Shown here: one piece after another, positions 1-10,110 of the stretch
Layout of the letters: every line of letters starts with the position of its first letter
Numbering within the stretch: the first letter of the stretch is position 1
From: an uncultured Gammaproteobacteria bacterium
Lineage (GTDB): Bacteria; Patescibacteriota; Microgenomatia; JAMCZE01
Direction of reading: 5' to 3'
Assembly: GCA_964641255.1 (NCBI GenBank)
Contig: CAZXMM010000001.1
Coordinates: 809,890 to 873,889 of the forward strand
DNA: 64,000 bases
Notes under the pieces: generated by a model
The model's input: only the letters and a program-made list of their open reading frames with translations
The model's database searches: none
Told to the model about the DNA's origin: nothing
Position numbers and translations under genes: made by a program

Positions 1-417
1 CTGCCCCAAATAACAACCCGCATAGCCAATGACAGCTCCGGTCGCAAAAGCGAGAGCAAAAATATCCAGGGTTTCCAAAACTGATAGTTTTGCCAAAGCT
101 GAAAAAATAATGGCCACGGCAATCCCACCGGCCACCCCCGCTTCCATAGAAAGTCCGGGGTATTTAATGAAAAGTAGAGCTCGGGCCGGATCCAGGCGAA
201 ATTGCTCTAAGTGAGTAAGAACATAGCCGATTCTAGCTGCCAACAGAGCGAAAAAGCCGGTAGTGATAATAGCGTCAAGGTATTTTTCCTCGACCAGTCC
301 GCGGCGCCTCGCCTGCTTCCACACCATAAAACTAATGACAAAAAACCCCAGAGCCAGAGACAGTCCAAAAGTGTAAACATTTAACCTAGAGATTGCAAAG
401 ATAAGAGGAGGTAGCAT
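1..417 (-). CDS. lgt: Prolipoprotein diacylglyceryl transferase (Lgt-like), partial, runs off the window edge
   Basis: Hand translation: MLPPLIFAISRLNVYTFGLSLALGFF...ARIGYVL...PGLSMEAGVAGG, matching the Lgt N-terminal motifs (Y-x-G, ARxxYV, GLS..GG). Confidence 0.7.
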   Translation of the reverse strand, partial: MLPPLIFAISRLNVYTFGLSLALGFFVISFMVWKQARRRGLVEEKYLDAIITTGFFALLAARIGYVLTHLEQFRLDPARALLFIKYPGLSMEAGVAGGIAVAIIFSALAKLSVLETLDIFALAFATGAVIGYAGCYLGQ

Positions 418-458
418 AATTTGATATCTATTATCCCCTAGCAGCAGGGTAACTGCAA

Positions 459-1775
459 TTAGTGGGTCGGGATCTCACTTTCTAAACGCTCCAGCCGACG
501 TAGGATCTGTCGATTAAAAATGGCAATTACAAATAGTATTCCACCCAGAATAAGAAGCACGCTGCGGACACCAAAAGTATCCGCGATCGCTCCAGCGGCT
601 AACACTGGCACAATACTGCCTCCACCACTAAATGTTCCCACTACCCCATAAACCCGACTGCGAATAGTAAGGGGGGTATTTTCTTGGATAATAGTATTAA
701 TAGGTACATCCAAAAAAGCATTGCCCAGTCCTAAAGCCGCCAAAACCGCAATACCAACTAAAGCTGTGGGTAAATGAAGAGCAACCGCTAGAGAATCGGT
801 AGCAGCTAGTACAAGAATCGTCAGGGCGGCGGCGATAAAACCAGATTCGATAAGTCGCTCCTTTTTTATTTTAGTGAAAAACGAGCCGATCAAAATTGCC
901 CCAACAATCATTCCCAAAGCAGCTGGAGCCATTACTACCAGTGATACTTCAACTACTTTCACTCCCAGGAGGGTCGTGGCGATTCCGGGGGCAATGGCCG
1001 ATAAAGTGCCGACAATAATTTGGGCAATAGCCATGAGAATAATGCCGTGGCGGACCAAGTGGTGGTCGTTAACAAATTTTAGTCCTTCAAAAAATTCGGC
1101 AAATAACTCCCGCCTTGACAGCCGCGGCAAGGTTTGGGAGTTGAAATGACGGTAAGTTGTGACTATGTCCCTGGCCCATTGTCTGATCGTAACTCCTGGT
1201 AACTGGGCACTAGAGAAAGCCGCCGCTAAAAAAGCCAGAGAAACAAAAACCAAAGTCCAGTGAAAACCGACTAACTGCAAAATAGGTCCAGCGAGAACAT
1301 TGCCCACGATGATCGAAGCAAAAAAAGTTAATGAAAATAGGCTGTTGGCACCAATGAGGATTCTCTTGTCTTTAACAACTTCATAGATCGTAGCTGCCTC
1401 AGCTGGAACAAAAAACTGAGTAATAATTGAGATCAAAATAGTGAGCGTATAAATCCAAGGCAGCGATTCTGACGATAGCAAAAAAGCAATCACTGCGACA
1501 AAACGTAAAAAATGTGAGAGAAACATAACTATCTTCCGATCCCAGCGGTCGACAAAAACTCCAGCAATCGCCCCTAAGAAAAAGTTGGGGACAGAAATGG
1601 TCAATACTAAAATCGAGACGGCAACATTGCTGTTAGTTAGTTCGTAAATCCGAATAATGAGAGCAAAAACCAGGAGATTGAGAAAAACTTGGGAGATCAC
1701 CTGAGAAAACCACAAATTACGGAAGGGGGCAAGGCACAGAACTTGGATGAAAGCGTTTTCTCGGTGATTGAGCAC
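459..1775 (-). CDS. MFS transporter (DHA3/H+ antiporter-like)
   Basis: About 12 TM segments; motif A GVFVDRWDRK; FRNLWFSQ start. Confidence 0.85.
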   Translation of the reverse strand: MLNHRENAFIQVLCLAPFRNLWFSQVISQVFLNLLVFALIIRIYELTNSNVAVSILVLTISVPNFFLGAIAGVFVDRWDRKIVMFLSHFLRFVAVIAFLLSSESLPWIYTLTILISIITQFFVPAEAATIYEVVKDKRILIGANSLFSLTFFASIIVGNVLAGPILQLVGFHWTLVFVSLAFLAAAFSSAQLPGVTIRQWARDIVTTYRHFNSQTLPRLSRRELFAEFFEGLKFVNDHHLVRHGIILMAIAQIIVGTLSAIAPGIATTLLGVKVVEVSLVVMAPAALGMIVGAILIGSFFTKIKKERLIESGFIAAALTILVLAATDSLAVALHLPTALVGIAVLAALGLGNAFLDVPINTIIQENTPLTIRSRVYGVVGTFSGGGSIVPVLAAGAIADTFGVRSVLLILGGILFVIAIFNRQILRRLERLESEIPTH

Positions 1776-1824
1776 GCTTTTGATTGTATCACGAAATATT
1801 TCTGGTATACTACATTCCCAAGCT

Positions 1825-2286
1825 ATGACAGCAACTGTTCATGCCCTCGTAGGAGCTAGCATCGCAAGTAAGCTTACTGACCCAACTATTTCGCTGCCTA
1901 TTATCTTTGTTTCCCACTTCCTTTTGGATAAGATTCCCCATTGGGATCCGCTAACCAATAAAGCCAGCAAGTCCTTTGATCGGATAATTATTGAGATAGT
2001 GATCGATTACTTAGTCGGCTACACTCTAGTTATTCTATTTTACGGGATTCTCTTCCCTAGTCCGACTCTACCCTACTTATTACTCGCTGCTTTTATTTCT
2101 CAATTACCCGACACACTCGAAGGGCCCTACATATTAACTAGGAAGCACTTTCCTTTTTTTTATCAGATTTACCAGGTGCAACACTGGTTTCACGACGTAC
2201 TTTATAACGCTAGGCTAGGTGTTCCTTGGGGGGTAGTCACCCAGGTAGTGGTCGCAGCAATATTTCTCTTCTGGGGACTGACTTAA
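1825..2286 (+). CDS. Membrane protein with metal-binding His/Asp motifs (hydrolase-like hypothetical)
   Basis: HALVG, SHFLLDKIPHWD, QLPD, QHWFH; start moved to ATG 1825. Confidence 0.6.
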   Translation: MTATVHALVGASIASKLTDPTISLPIIFVSHFLLDKIPHWDPLTNKASKSFDRIIIEIVIDYLVGYTLVILFYGILFPSPTLPYLLLAAFISQLPDTLEGPYILTRKHFPFFYQIYQVQHWFHDVLYNARLGVPWGVVTQVVVAAIFLFWGLT

Positions 2287-2856
2287 CTACTTAGCTCGCT
2301 CGGAGTACTCGCCAGTTTCGGTATTTACGACTATTTTGGCTCCCACCTCTACAAACAGCGGCACCTTAACCCTTGCACCTGTATCAATGGTAGCCTCCTT
2401 AAAAACGTTAGACACAGTGTTGCCCTTAACTCCCGGATCAGTCTCAGTTACCGTAAAGGTCATTTTTAAGGGTAGAACGATCGAGAGTGGTTTTCCCTCA
2501 AAAAATTTCAAGTCAACTTCGGTCCCCTCTTGTAGGAACTGGCCTTGTTCTGTTAATAGTTCCCCTGGAACCTCAAATTGTTCAAAAGAGAGAGGGTCCA
2601 TAAACACATAATTTGATCCATCGTTATAGAGGAACTGGCCTTTTCTTTTTTCCAGAATGATGTCTTGAACCCGAGAACCATTGGTAAAACTATGGATAAT
2701 GATCGTCCCGTTTTTCAGATTCTTGATCTTGACCTTGATAGTAGCCGACCCCCGACCGGTTTTAACATGCTCATATTTCATCACCACCCAGGGACCGCTA
2801 CTAATTTGGGTGTCTTCAAAAACGGTACCAGCTCGTAGCTGTGTCACTTCTAACAT
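2287..2856 (-). CDS. efp: Elongation factor P
   Basis: HVKTGRG loop, PGVKGNT, VPLFV, NTETGEYSERA; start MLEV at 2856. Confidence 0.97.
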   Translation of the reverse strand: MLEVTQLRAGTVFEDTQISSGPWVVMKYEHVKTGRGSATIKVKIKNLKNGTIIIHSFTNGSRVQDIILEKRKGQFLYNDGSNYVFMDPLSFEQFEVPGELLTEQGQFLQEGTEVDLKFFEGKPLSIVLPLKMTFTVTETDPGVKGNTVSNVFKEATIDTGARVKVPLFVEVGAKIVVNTETGEYSERAK

Positions 2857-2913
2857 ACAAGTTCGAATTGTAGCATGGTAGAATAGGCTTGCAAAGAACG
2901 AGGGTTTTGGGTA

Positions 2914-2996
2914 GCCGAAGTGGTGGAATGGTATACACGCACGACTCAAAATCGTGTCCCGTCACTGGGATGAGGGTTCGATCCCCTCCTTCGGCA
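2914..2996 (+). tRNA. tRNA-Leu(CAA), CCA end not encoded
   Basis: Acceptor stem GCCGAAG/CTTCGGC, anticodon arm CACGA-CTCAAAA-TCGTG, long variable arm, GGTTCGATCCC T-arm. Confidence 0.95.
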
Positions 2997-3006
2997 CAAG
3001 TCATTG

Positions 3007-3702
3007 TTACGGGGTTAAATCAGACTGTTCCCATTTTTTATGGTAGTGTCTAAGCCCCATCGACACGAGCACCATACCCCCGGCGGCAAGGTTTAAAGCA
3101 ACTATTCCCAGAGTGAAGTTTTCAAACCGGGTCAGGATAAAATAGTAGATGAGTCCACTAGGGATACCACCAATAATATTAACAAGAGCAAATTGTCTGT
3201 AGGACATCTCGGTCAACCCGAGGGCATAGGAAAAATAGTCAAATTGGCCGCCTTGAAAAATTTTCAAAATCCACGCTGCCTCGATACCTACGTCACTGGC
3301 AATACTAGCAACTTTGTCTACTCCCCCCTTGCCAATTAGGCGCCCCAAGAAGTTTTTGCCGTAGCGCTTGGCCAGGTAAAAATTAACAAAAAACGCTGGA
3401 GTAGTCACCAGATAAGACAGAATCCCAGCTTGCAGTGGGCCCACTACCGCAATCAGAGCTATCCACACAAAGGCCCCCCCTAAGGGGGCAATCACTACGG
3501 CAAGGAACTGAATAATGACGTAGGCCACTATAAAGGAGGGGCCAACGGCGGTTAAGGAGCGACTAACTAGTTCGGGATTTGCTAGTACCGTAATTTGCAA
3601 AACAAACGAGAACCCAATAGTAAAAATTACGGGCGCTCCAATGACCAGCCACTGTCGAAGCTTAGTTAACAGGCTGTCGTGAAAAGCATTATTCTTTGGC
3701 AT
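3007..3702 (-). CDS. TVP38/TMEM64 (VTT/DedA-like) membrane protein
   Basis: IAPLGG, FYLAKRYG, FDYFSYALGLT..Y..F motifs; start probably MPKNN. Confidence 0.8.
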   Translation of the reverse strand: MPKNNAFHDSLLTKLRQWLVIGAPVIFTIGFSFVLQITVLANPELVSRSLTAVGPSFIVAYVIIQFLAVVIAPLGGAFVWIALIAVVGPLQAGILSYLVTTPAFFVNFYLAKRYGKNFLGRLIGKGGVDKVASIASDVGIEAAWILKIFQGGQFDYFSYALGLTEMSYRQFALVNIIGGIPSGLIYYFILTRFENFTLGIVALNLAAGGMVLVSMGLRHYHKKWEQSDLTP

Positions 3703-5038
3703 CGTCGCTTGAAGATTGCCTCGCCACCGCCCGGAATTGCTGTTTAGGTCCATGAAGCATTAGATTGATTTCCGTTAAGGCGCCGTTGCGGTGCTTATCA
3801 ATAGAGAGAATGGTAGGAATTTTATCTGATGGCGCCATATCTTTATTTTCTTCCGGGCGATAAATAAACATGACCACGTCAGCATCCTGCTCAATAGATC
3901 CCGATTCTCTTAGATCCGCTAGCTGGGGCTTTTTACTGCCCCGGGACTCTACCTGACGATTCAGCTGGGAAGCGGCGATAACCGGTACCTTTAGTTCCCG
4001 AGCTAAATTCTTGAGGGAGGAAGAGATAAGTGACACTTCCTGCACCCGACTTTCAAACGTCCGCCCCGCATTAACTAGCTGGAGATAGTCCACAATGATT
4101 AGTTTTAAGCCGTGCTCAAGCTGCATCCGTCTCGCTTTGGTTCTAATTTCCATGAGCGAAATTCCGGGAGTGTCATCAATAAAAAATGGCGCATCGGCCA
4201 TTACTCCCATCGCCTCTTGAATTTTGTCATAGTCGTCATCGTCCAGTTTCCCAGTTTTGAGTTTCCAAGCATCGACCCCTGATTGTGAGACCACCAAGCG
4301 ATTACCAAGCTCCTCAATGCTCATTTCCAGAGAAAAGAAACACACGGGAAGCTTTTCCTTAACGGCGATGTTGCGGCAGAAATCAAGAAGCAGCGTAGTT
4401 TTACCCACTCCCGGCCGAGCTGCGAGAATAATTAAGTTAGAATCTTGAAAACCAGCTAGAGCGCTGTCCAGATCCCGAAAGCCGCTCGGGATCCCACTCA
4501 TCCCTCCACCCCGCTTTTGGATTTCATCTAGTCGGTCAAAAGTCTGGGCTAACACCTCTTTGAGCGGCACTACATTGCGTGACACGTTAGCTTGGGAGAT
4601 TGAAAATACCCGACTCTCGGCGTCGTCTAAAACATCAGCCAGCTTTTTAGTCGAATCAAAAGCCATTTCGGCCATGAGAGCCGAGGCGCGAATAAGCTCC
4701 CGCTTGGCGTGCAGTTCCCGAACAATTTGTCCGTAGTGCTCGATATGGGCTGCAGTCGGAACCACCCCAGTAAGCTCGGCGAGATAACCAGAACCCCCAA
4801 CGTCTTTAAAGTTTTTCGTGGCCTTAAGCTTTTCCGCCAGAGTGAGTAAATCAATAGGCTTGCGCTCTTCGTACAAGCTCAGCATGGCAGAGAAGATGGC
4901 TCCGTGCCGCTCATCATAAAAATGTTCGGTCCGTAAAAACCCCGCTACTTCGACAATGGCGTTCTTGTCGATCATAATAGCGCCCAAAACTGATTGCTCA
5001 GCTTCAAGACTGTGTGGCGGCAACTTTTTGTCAACCAT
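3689..5038 (-). CDS. dnaB: Replicative DNA helicase DnaB
   Basis: PPHSLEAEQSVLG, AARPGVGKT, DYLQL, SQLNR, DLRESGSIEQDAD. Confidence 0.98.
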   Translation of the reverse strand: MVDKKLPPHSLEAEQSVLGAIMIDKNAIVEVAGFLRTEHFYDERHGAIFSAMLSLYEERKPIDLLTLAEKLKATKNFKDVGGSGYLAELTGVVPTAAHIEHYGQIVRELHAKRELIRASALMAEMAFDSTKKLADVLDDAESRVFSISQANVSRNVVPLKEVLAQTFDRLDEIQKRGGGMSGIPSGFRDLDSALAGFQDSNLIILAARPGVGKTTLLLDFCRNIAVKEKLPVCFFSLEMSIEELGNRLVVSQSGVDAWKLKTGKLDDDDYDKIQEAMGVMADAPFFIDDTPGISLMEIRTKARRMQLEHGLKLIIVDYLQLVNAGRTFESRVQEVSLISSSLKNLARELKVPVIAASQLNRQVESRGSKKPQLADLRESGSIEQDADVVMFIYRPEENKDMAPSDKIPTILSIDKHRNGALTEINLMLHGPKQQFRAVARQSSSDDAKE

Positions 5039-5045
5039 TGTAGAA

Positions 5046-5714
5046 CTATTCCAAAACAACCACGGTGGTGGTTTCCGGCAGCTTATCTTTAGAAGTAGAG
5101 TATTTACTCTCCGCTGTCACTCCTTCGGCGCCCATTTCTTTAAGAAATAAATTAACAGGGGCTAATTTCTCAGCTAGCTCCAAAGTCAGCCCCGCCCGAC
5201 TGTAGTGCATGGGGATGACTACTACTGGCTCAATCTGGGCTACCACTGCTGCCGCCGCCTTAGCATCAATAGTGAACACTCCACCTACTGGAATAAAAAG
5301 GATGTCCACTGAACCAATCTCTTCCAGTTGACTGTCAGCTAGTTTGTGACCCAGGTCTCCCAAGTGACACACCCGAATACCGTCAATATTAAAAACGTAA
5401 ATCGTGTTTTTGCCCCGGTCAGCCCCCAGATTGTTGTCATGAAAAGCGGGAATACCCAGGATGGTCACTTCTTTAATTTCATACTCTCCCGGACCACTAA
5501 CTGTGAAGGGTCTAGTCTCTCCGGCGCTGGCTTTTTCCAGGACAGCTTCAGTCGCGTTATGATCGGGATGGTCATGAGAAACGGTAATAATATCAACCGC
5601 GTCCAATTTGGGGAATTTAAGTCCCACCACACTGGAAGCGAAGGGATCAGTCACTACAGTAGCGCTTTTCCCTTTTATTCTAAAACTGGCATGTCCCAAG
5701 GGATAAATATCCAT
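5046..5714 (-). CDS. MBL-fold metallo-hydrolase
   Basis: GHASF, SHDHPDHN, HLGD, IPMHY. Confidence 0.9.
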   Translation of the reverse strand: MDIYPLGHASFRIKGKSATVVTDPFASSVVGLKFPKLDAVDIITVSHDHPDHNATEAVLEKASAGETRPFTVSGPGEYEIKEVTILGIPAFHDNNLGADRGKNTIYVFNIDGIRVCHLGDLGHKLADSQLEEIGSVDILFIPVGGVFTIDAKAAAAVVAQIEPVVVIPMHYSRAGLTLELAEKLAPVNLFLKEMGAEGVTAESKYSTSKDKLPETTTVVVLE

Positions 5715-5800
5715 AGCTAAGTTGTATCTTAATCGCACACCACTAAGTTTGACAAGGTGATGAACTGTATCATAGAATGGCCAAGCTCTAACAACACTCG

Positions 5801-6244
5801 ATGAACCGAGAAAAAATTATTACTATTCTTATTGGGCTAATCGTCGGCGCGGCAATCGCCGGTGGCTATTTCTACTGGACTAGAATTCTCCCCCACCAAC
5901 AAACAAAATCTCCAAAAACTGTCGATAAGTTGACTCAACCACCCAGAAAAAATGAGGCCAATACTAAGGCCGACCAATCTGCCGCTCTCACTCTTTCCTC
6001 TCCCCAAGATAACAGTAGCACCGAACAGAGCAGTATAACCCTTAGTGGTCGCGCTCCAGCTAATTCCCGACTGGTAGTTTTTGGTAACGCCGACGAAAAG
6101 ATAGCCTCAGCTAGTGCGGATGGTAGCTTCGAAATTAGTCTCAAACTTGAAGTCGGGCTCAATGTTATTTCCGTCACCGCTTTTGAACCAAGTGGCACCA
6201 GACATACGGTACAAAGAAATGTTACGCTTGAAGCTAGTCAGTAA
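5801..6244 (+). CDS. Membrane-anchored protein with Ig-like beta-sandwich domain
   Basis: N-terminal TM; SP.D...ITLSG...ADGSF...L.VGLNVISV pattern. Confidence 0.6.
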   Translation: MNREKIITILIGLIVGAAIAGGYFYWTRILPHQQTKSPKTVDKLTQPPRKNEANTKADQSAALTLSSPQDNSSTEQSSITLSGRAPANSRLVVFGNADEKIASASADGSFEISLKLEVGLNVISVTAFEPSGTRHTVQRNVTLEASQ

Positions 6245-6250
6245 AAAAAT

Positions 6251-6919
6251 ATGAAGTATTTATTGGTTGTCATTTACGCGGTAATTATTGCTACACTTGT
6301 CGCCACTCCTGTCCTAGCAGTGACCGCCACTGCGCCGGCGCAGATTGCCACTCCGGCGGCTGACTTGGATCCGGTGAGCAAAGATTTAGTGGACCGAGTT
6401 AACAAAATTGTGGAGCAAAATACCAATTTACGCCGCACTTACAGTGGTCCGGTTAAATCAGTCGGCACCGCCTCTTATGTGGTAACCACGGCGGAGGGCG
6501 ACCGAACAATAACTACCGGGGACGTGACTAGTTTTTACCGGTTTAGAGCCAACAAAACTACTGAAGTAAATTTTGCCGCCATTAAAAAAGGTGAGGACGT
6601 GGTGGCCATTGGTACCATTGACCCGGCTACTGGGGAGATGACGGCCAAGGAAGTAATTGCCAAAATTGCCCGACAAAATATCGTCGGCACCATTACGGAA
6701 ACGGACGATGGGATGGCTACAATTAGTGTCGGTGCTAAATCGGTTACCGTGGACCTTAACGACGCCCTAACTCTCAAAAAGATGGACACAGCGGGGAAAA
6801 TTGTCACCGCCAAACTCGCTGATTTTAAAGCCGGAGATAATATTTTTGTTATGGCCTACGTTTCCGACCCCGATTCCAATGATCTCTCCTCCCTCAAGGC
6901 CTTGGTCTTGACAAAATAG
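6251..6919 (+). CDS. Secreted hypothetical protein with two OB-like (DUF5666-like) repeats
   Basis: Signal peptide; repeated IKKGEDV / FKAGDNI elements. Confidence 0.55.
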   Translation: MKYLLVVIYAVIIATLVATPVLAVTATAPAQIATPAADLDPVSKDLVDRVNKIVEQNTNLRRTYSGPVKSVGTASYVVTTAEGDRTITTGDVTSFYRFRANKTTEVNFAAIKKGEDVVAIGTIDPATGEMTAKEVIAKIARQNIVGTITETDDGMATISVGAKSVTVDLNDALTLKKMDTAGKIVTAKLADFKAGDNIFVMAYVSDPDSNDLSSLKALVLTK

Positions 6920-6944
6920 TGAGAAAAATGTTAGACTTTTCTCA
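6908..6944 (+). promoter_or_regulatory. Sigma70 promoter and operator of the TA pair
   Basis: TTGACA 6908, TAGACT 6932, ATG 6 nt later; inverted repeat TGAGAAAA/TTTTCTCA flanks the -10. Confidence 0.65.
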
Positions 6945-7264
6945 TGTTGATTCCCACCGCCAAAAATACAAGAAATATCACTGATTTTCGTAAAGATCCA
7001 GACTCTATTTTAGAGACCGTCAAAGGATCCACCGATCCTCTGTACTTGTTTCGTGGTTCTGAACCTAAAGCAGTAGTACTTGATATCGCCGAGTATATTC
7101 GCATGCATGAACAAATTGAAGATTATTTTGATAGCCTAGCCATCGCTGAATATGTTACCGATCCCCTGCGTCATCAAGGAAAGATCAGTTTGGGGGAGCT
7201 GATTGAAAAATACAACCTAAAGGTAGCTCTCCCCAAAAAGCGCAAAGCCCGCATTAATGCCTAA
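6944..7264 (+). CDS. Phd/YefM-family antitoxin
   Basis: NITDFRKD...P.YLF.GSEPKAVVL pattern; overlaps the toxin gene. Confidence 0.8.
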   Translation: MLIPTAKNTRNITDFRKDPDSILETVKGSTDPLYLFRGSEPKAVVLDIAEYIRMHEQIEDYFDSLAIAEYVTDPLRHQGKISLGELIEKYNLKVALPKKRKARINA

Positions 7265-7514
7265 AATATTTTTTTATCCCCGAGCAGAGAAAATGTTCTC
7301 GCGATTCTCAAAGCGTGAGCAAGAAAGAATTGCTAAGACGGTGGCCCAAATGGCTATTACACCCTTTGAAAGCCTAAACATAGAAAAATTTCAAACTGGT
7401 TATGGGAAATTGTATCGAATTCGCTTAGGCAGTCTGCGGATAGTTTTTGAATTTGACTCAAAAACAGAAACAATCTATATTATTACAATTGACTACCGAG
7501 GTAACATTTATTGA
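7257..7514 (+). CDS. RelE/ParE-family toxin
   Basis: 85 aa; LYRIRLGSLRIVF, IDYRGNIY C-terminus. Confidence 0.85.
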   Translation: MPKIFFYPRAEKMFSRFSKREQERIAKTVAQMAITPFESLNIEKFQTGYGKLYRIRLGSLRIVFEFDSKTETIYIITIDYRGNIY

Positions 7515-7679
7515 CATGCCCCTTTGACGCTTCGATATCCAGACTACGCAGCATTGTCGGAAACTTCGTCCTCGGGCCCGCAACCATTACTCCACCCAAG
7601 AATTTAAGCAGAGGTCAACTAAACTTGTAAGATTCAGTAGTAGTACGATTTAAACAAGCTTGGTATCATAGAGCTGACT

Positions 7680-8930
7680 ATGGATAAAAAGATTGAACCA
7701 CGAACACTACCAGGTTTTAGGGATTTTCTGCCGGAACAACTGCGGATTAGAAAGCGCGTCATCGCGATCCTTAGTGCTGTCTTTGAAAAGTACGGCTTTG
7801 AACCTCTAGAAACGCCCACCCTGGAATATCAAGATATCCTTCTTGGTAAATATGGTGAAGAGGCGGAAAAACTCATGTACCTTTTTACTGATAACGGCGA
7901 CCGTCAGGTAGGACTACGGTATGATTTAACCGTTCCCACCGCCCGGGTACTGGCGCAGTATCAAACACTTACAAAGCCATTCAAGCGTTACCAAATCCAG
8001 TCCGTCTGGCGCAGTGATAAACCGCAAAAAGGACGCTACCGCGAATTCACCCAGTGTGATTTTGATACTTTTGGTCTAAATAGTCCCTTAGCTGACGCGG
8101 AAATCATTGCCGTAATTCAAGATGCCCTTCAGTCAATTGACTTTAAACGCTTCACTATTCGCATTAATAGTCGCCAGGTGCTCTTTAAAATCATGGAAGA
8201 AGCCGCTGTACCCCCCGACCAATATCTGCCAGCTATCCAGTCAATTGATAAGCTTGATAAAAAAAGTCAGGGTGAAGTCAAAGAAGAGCTGTCTGGCAAA
8301 GGCTTCACTAGTGAAATGATCAAGGCCATCTTTACTAACCTTAAAGGGGCTCAACCCGATAAAAACCTTGCTCAAGTTCTTGAGTATGTGAAGAAATTCC
8401 AGGTCCCTGAGGAATTTTATAGTTTTGACCCCACGCTGGCGCGCGGTCTGGATTACTACACGGGTGCTATTTTTGAAACGGTGGTCACTGAGCCCAAAAT
8501 TGGCTCGATCACTGGTGGTGGACGCTACGACAAACTCATTGGGGCTTTTGCGGGACAGGATATTCCTGCAGTAGGCACTACTCTGGGACTCGACAGGATC
8601 GTTGATGTGATAACTGAGCTAAATTTGTGGCCCAATATGCCTAAGGCCACCACCAAAGCTCTGATTACCATTTTCTCTCCCGAGCTTTTGGACGCCTCAT
8701 TAAAGATTGACAGTATTTTGTACGAGGCTAAAATTCCGGTAGAAATTTATCTTGATCCCGCCGCTAAACTCGATAAACAACTCAAATATGCCGATCAAAA
8801 AGGCATCCCCTACGCTATCATCATTGGCCCTGACGAAGCGGCAAAGAATTTGGTGACGGTGAAAAATTTAGCTAGTAAAACCCAGGTGACGATTCCGGCA
8901 GAGAATCTTCTCGATGCACTTAAAAACTAA
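7680..8930 (+). CDS. hisS: Histidine--tRNA ligase
   Basis: LRYDLTVP, GRYREFTQCDFD, RGLDYYTG, GGGRYD. Confidence 0.98.
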   Translation: MDKKIEPRTLPGFRDFLPEQLRIRKRVIAILSAVFEKYGFEPLETPTLEYQDILLGKYGEEAEKLMYLFTDNGDRQVGLRYDLTVPTARVLAQYQTLTKPFKRYQIQSVWRSDKPQKGRYREFTQCDFDTFGLNSPLADAEIIAVIQDALQSIDFKRFTIRINSRQVLFKIMEEAAVPPDQYLPAIQSIDKLDKKSQGEVKEELSGKGFTSEMIKAIFTNLKGAQPDKNLAQVLEYVKKFQVPEEFYSFDPTLARGLDYYTGAIFETVVTEPKIGSITGGGRYDKLIGAFAGQDIPAVGTTLGLDRIVDVITELNLWPNMPKATTKALITIFSPELLDASLKIDSILYEAKIPVEIYLDPAAKLDKQLKYADQKGIPYAIIIGPDEAAKNLVTVKNLASKTQVTIPAENLLDALKN

Positions 8931-9837
8931 CCAGTGGTACCAGGCAGTAGTGCTAACTCTCCTAGCCCAGATCATCTGGGGAGTGGCGGCGCCACTGGTC
9001 AAATTTGAACTCCAAACTATTCCCCCGTTTAGTCTGCTATTTTTACGCTGCCTATTTACCGCCTTATTCTTATTCCCGATCTATGAATGGCGCTTACTCC
9101 CCAAGCAACCAGATATGACCAGAGCGGAAAAACTGACGATTTTTTGGGCAGGTTTTACCGGAGTGTTTCTCAATTTGGCGTTTTACTTTTTTGGCCAAAG
9201 GCTAACCACCGTCATTGACGCTTTCGTCATCATTTCCCTGGGCACCCCCCTACTATTGTTATATTCATTTATTTACCTAAAGGAGCGACTAGCCCGACCC
9301 GCCTATCTTGGTGTGGGGCTGGCTTTTGTTGGCTCTCTTATCATTATTGGCTCCCCGCTGTTTACTTTTGGTAACGGCAGTTTTTTTGGCAATCTTCTTG
9401 CTCTAGCCGCTACTATCTCGGCTTGCGTTTCCTATTTGCTAATAAAAAAATTGGTGGTCAAATTTGACCCGTTGCTTTTAACTTTTTATTTCTTTTTAAC
9501 GAGTCTTGTCGCCTCCACCCCTTTTCTTATCTGGGAGTTTCTTCAGAATCCTTATTGGTTAGCCCAAATTGCTTCTAGTCACTTAGTCGTTCTTGGCTAC
9601 CTAGTCTTTGGCTCTTCCATTGCCGCTTACTATCTCACCAGTGTGGGGCTAAGACACCTCCCCGCCTCTCTGGCCTCAACCCTGGGGTACACGAGTACCA
9701 TAGTGGCAGTGGCACTGGGAATAATAGTGCTTCACGAGAAACTAACTTGGTTTTTCGCCGCAGGAGCAATCTTTATTATCCTTGGTTTGTTTCTAGCGGA
9801 GACTCACCATCGTCGTAAGTTATCAACTAATACTTAG
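8914..9837 (+). CDS. EamA/DMT-family transporter
   Basis: About 10 TM segments with two EamA repeats (IWG..., LKERL, LHEKL). Confidence 0.88.
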   Translation: MHLKTNQWYQAVVLTLLAQIIWGVAAPLVKFELQTIPPFSLLFLRCLFTALFLFPIYEWRLLPKQPDMTRAEKLTIFWAGFTGVFLNLAFYFFGQRLTTVIDAFVIISLGTPLLLLYSFIYLKERLARPAYLGVGLAFVGSLIIIGSPLFTFGNGSFFGNLLALAATISACVSYLLIKKLVVKFDPLLLTFYFFLTSLVASTPFLIWEFLQNPYWLAQIASSHLVVLGYLVFGSSIAAYYLTSVGLRHLPASLASTLGYTSTIVAVALGIIVLHEKLTWFFAAGAIFIILGLFLAETHHRRKLSTNT

Positions 9838-9849
9838 ACTGAAAAATCT

Positions 9850-10095
9850 ATGGCCAATGACACTGGTAACGAAAGGAATAGTGACCTTTTTAAAAGACGG
9901 GTGCATCAAAAACTTATTGCTAATGCTATATCCCCAACTACTACCCGTGGCCTTAACAGTCTAATAAGGTTGGCTCTTGAAAATGGAATAAGTCCGAGCG
10001 AGGTACTAGATATTGTCGAGGCGGGCCGAAACATTAGGCATATTTTAGAGGACGGGGCCAAGGGCAACAGGAGTAATGACAAGGAAGGCCAATAG
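9850..10095 (+). CDS. Hypothetical protein
   Basis: 81-aa ATG ORF filling the intergenic gap. Confidence 0.4.
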   Translation: MANDTGNERNSDLFKRRVHQKLIANAISPTTTRGLNSLIRLALENGISPSEVLDIVEAGRNIRHILEDGAKGNRSNDKEGQ

Positions 10096-10110
10096 AGTTA
10101 TAATAGCTTG

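Noticed and set aside
2857-2949. Extended EF-P N-terminus and the 2816-3004 ORF
   Set aside because: They overlap tRNA-Leu on the opposite strand; the true start is 2856.
7511-7630. 39-codon TTG ORF before hisS as a His leader peptide
   Set aside because: It has no His codons and no terminator follows; it is probably a remnant or chance ORF.
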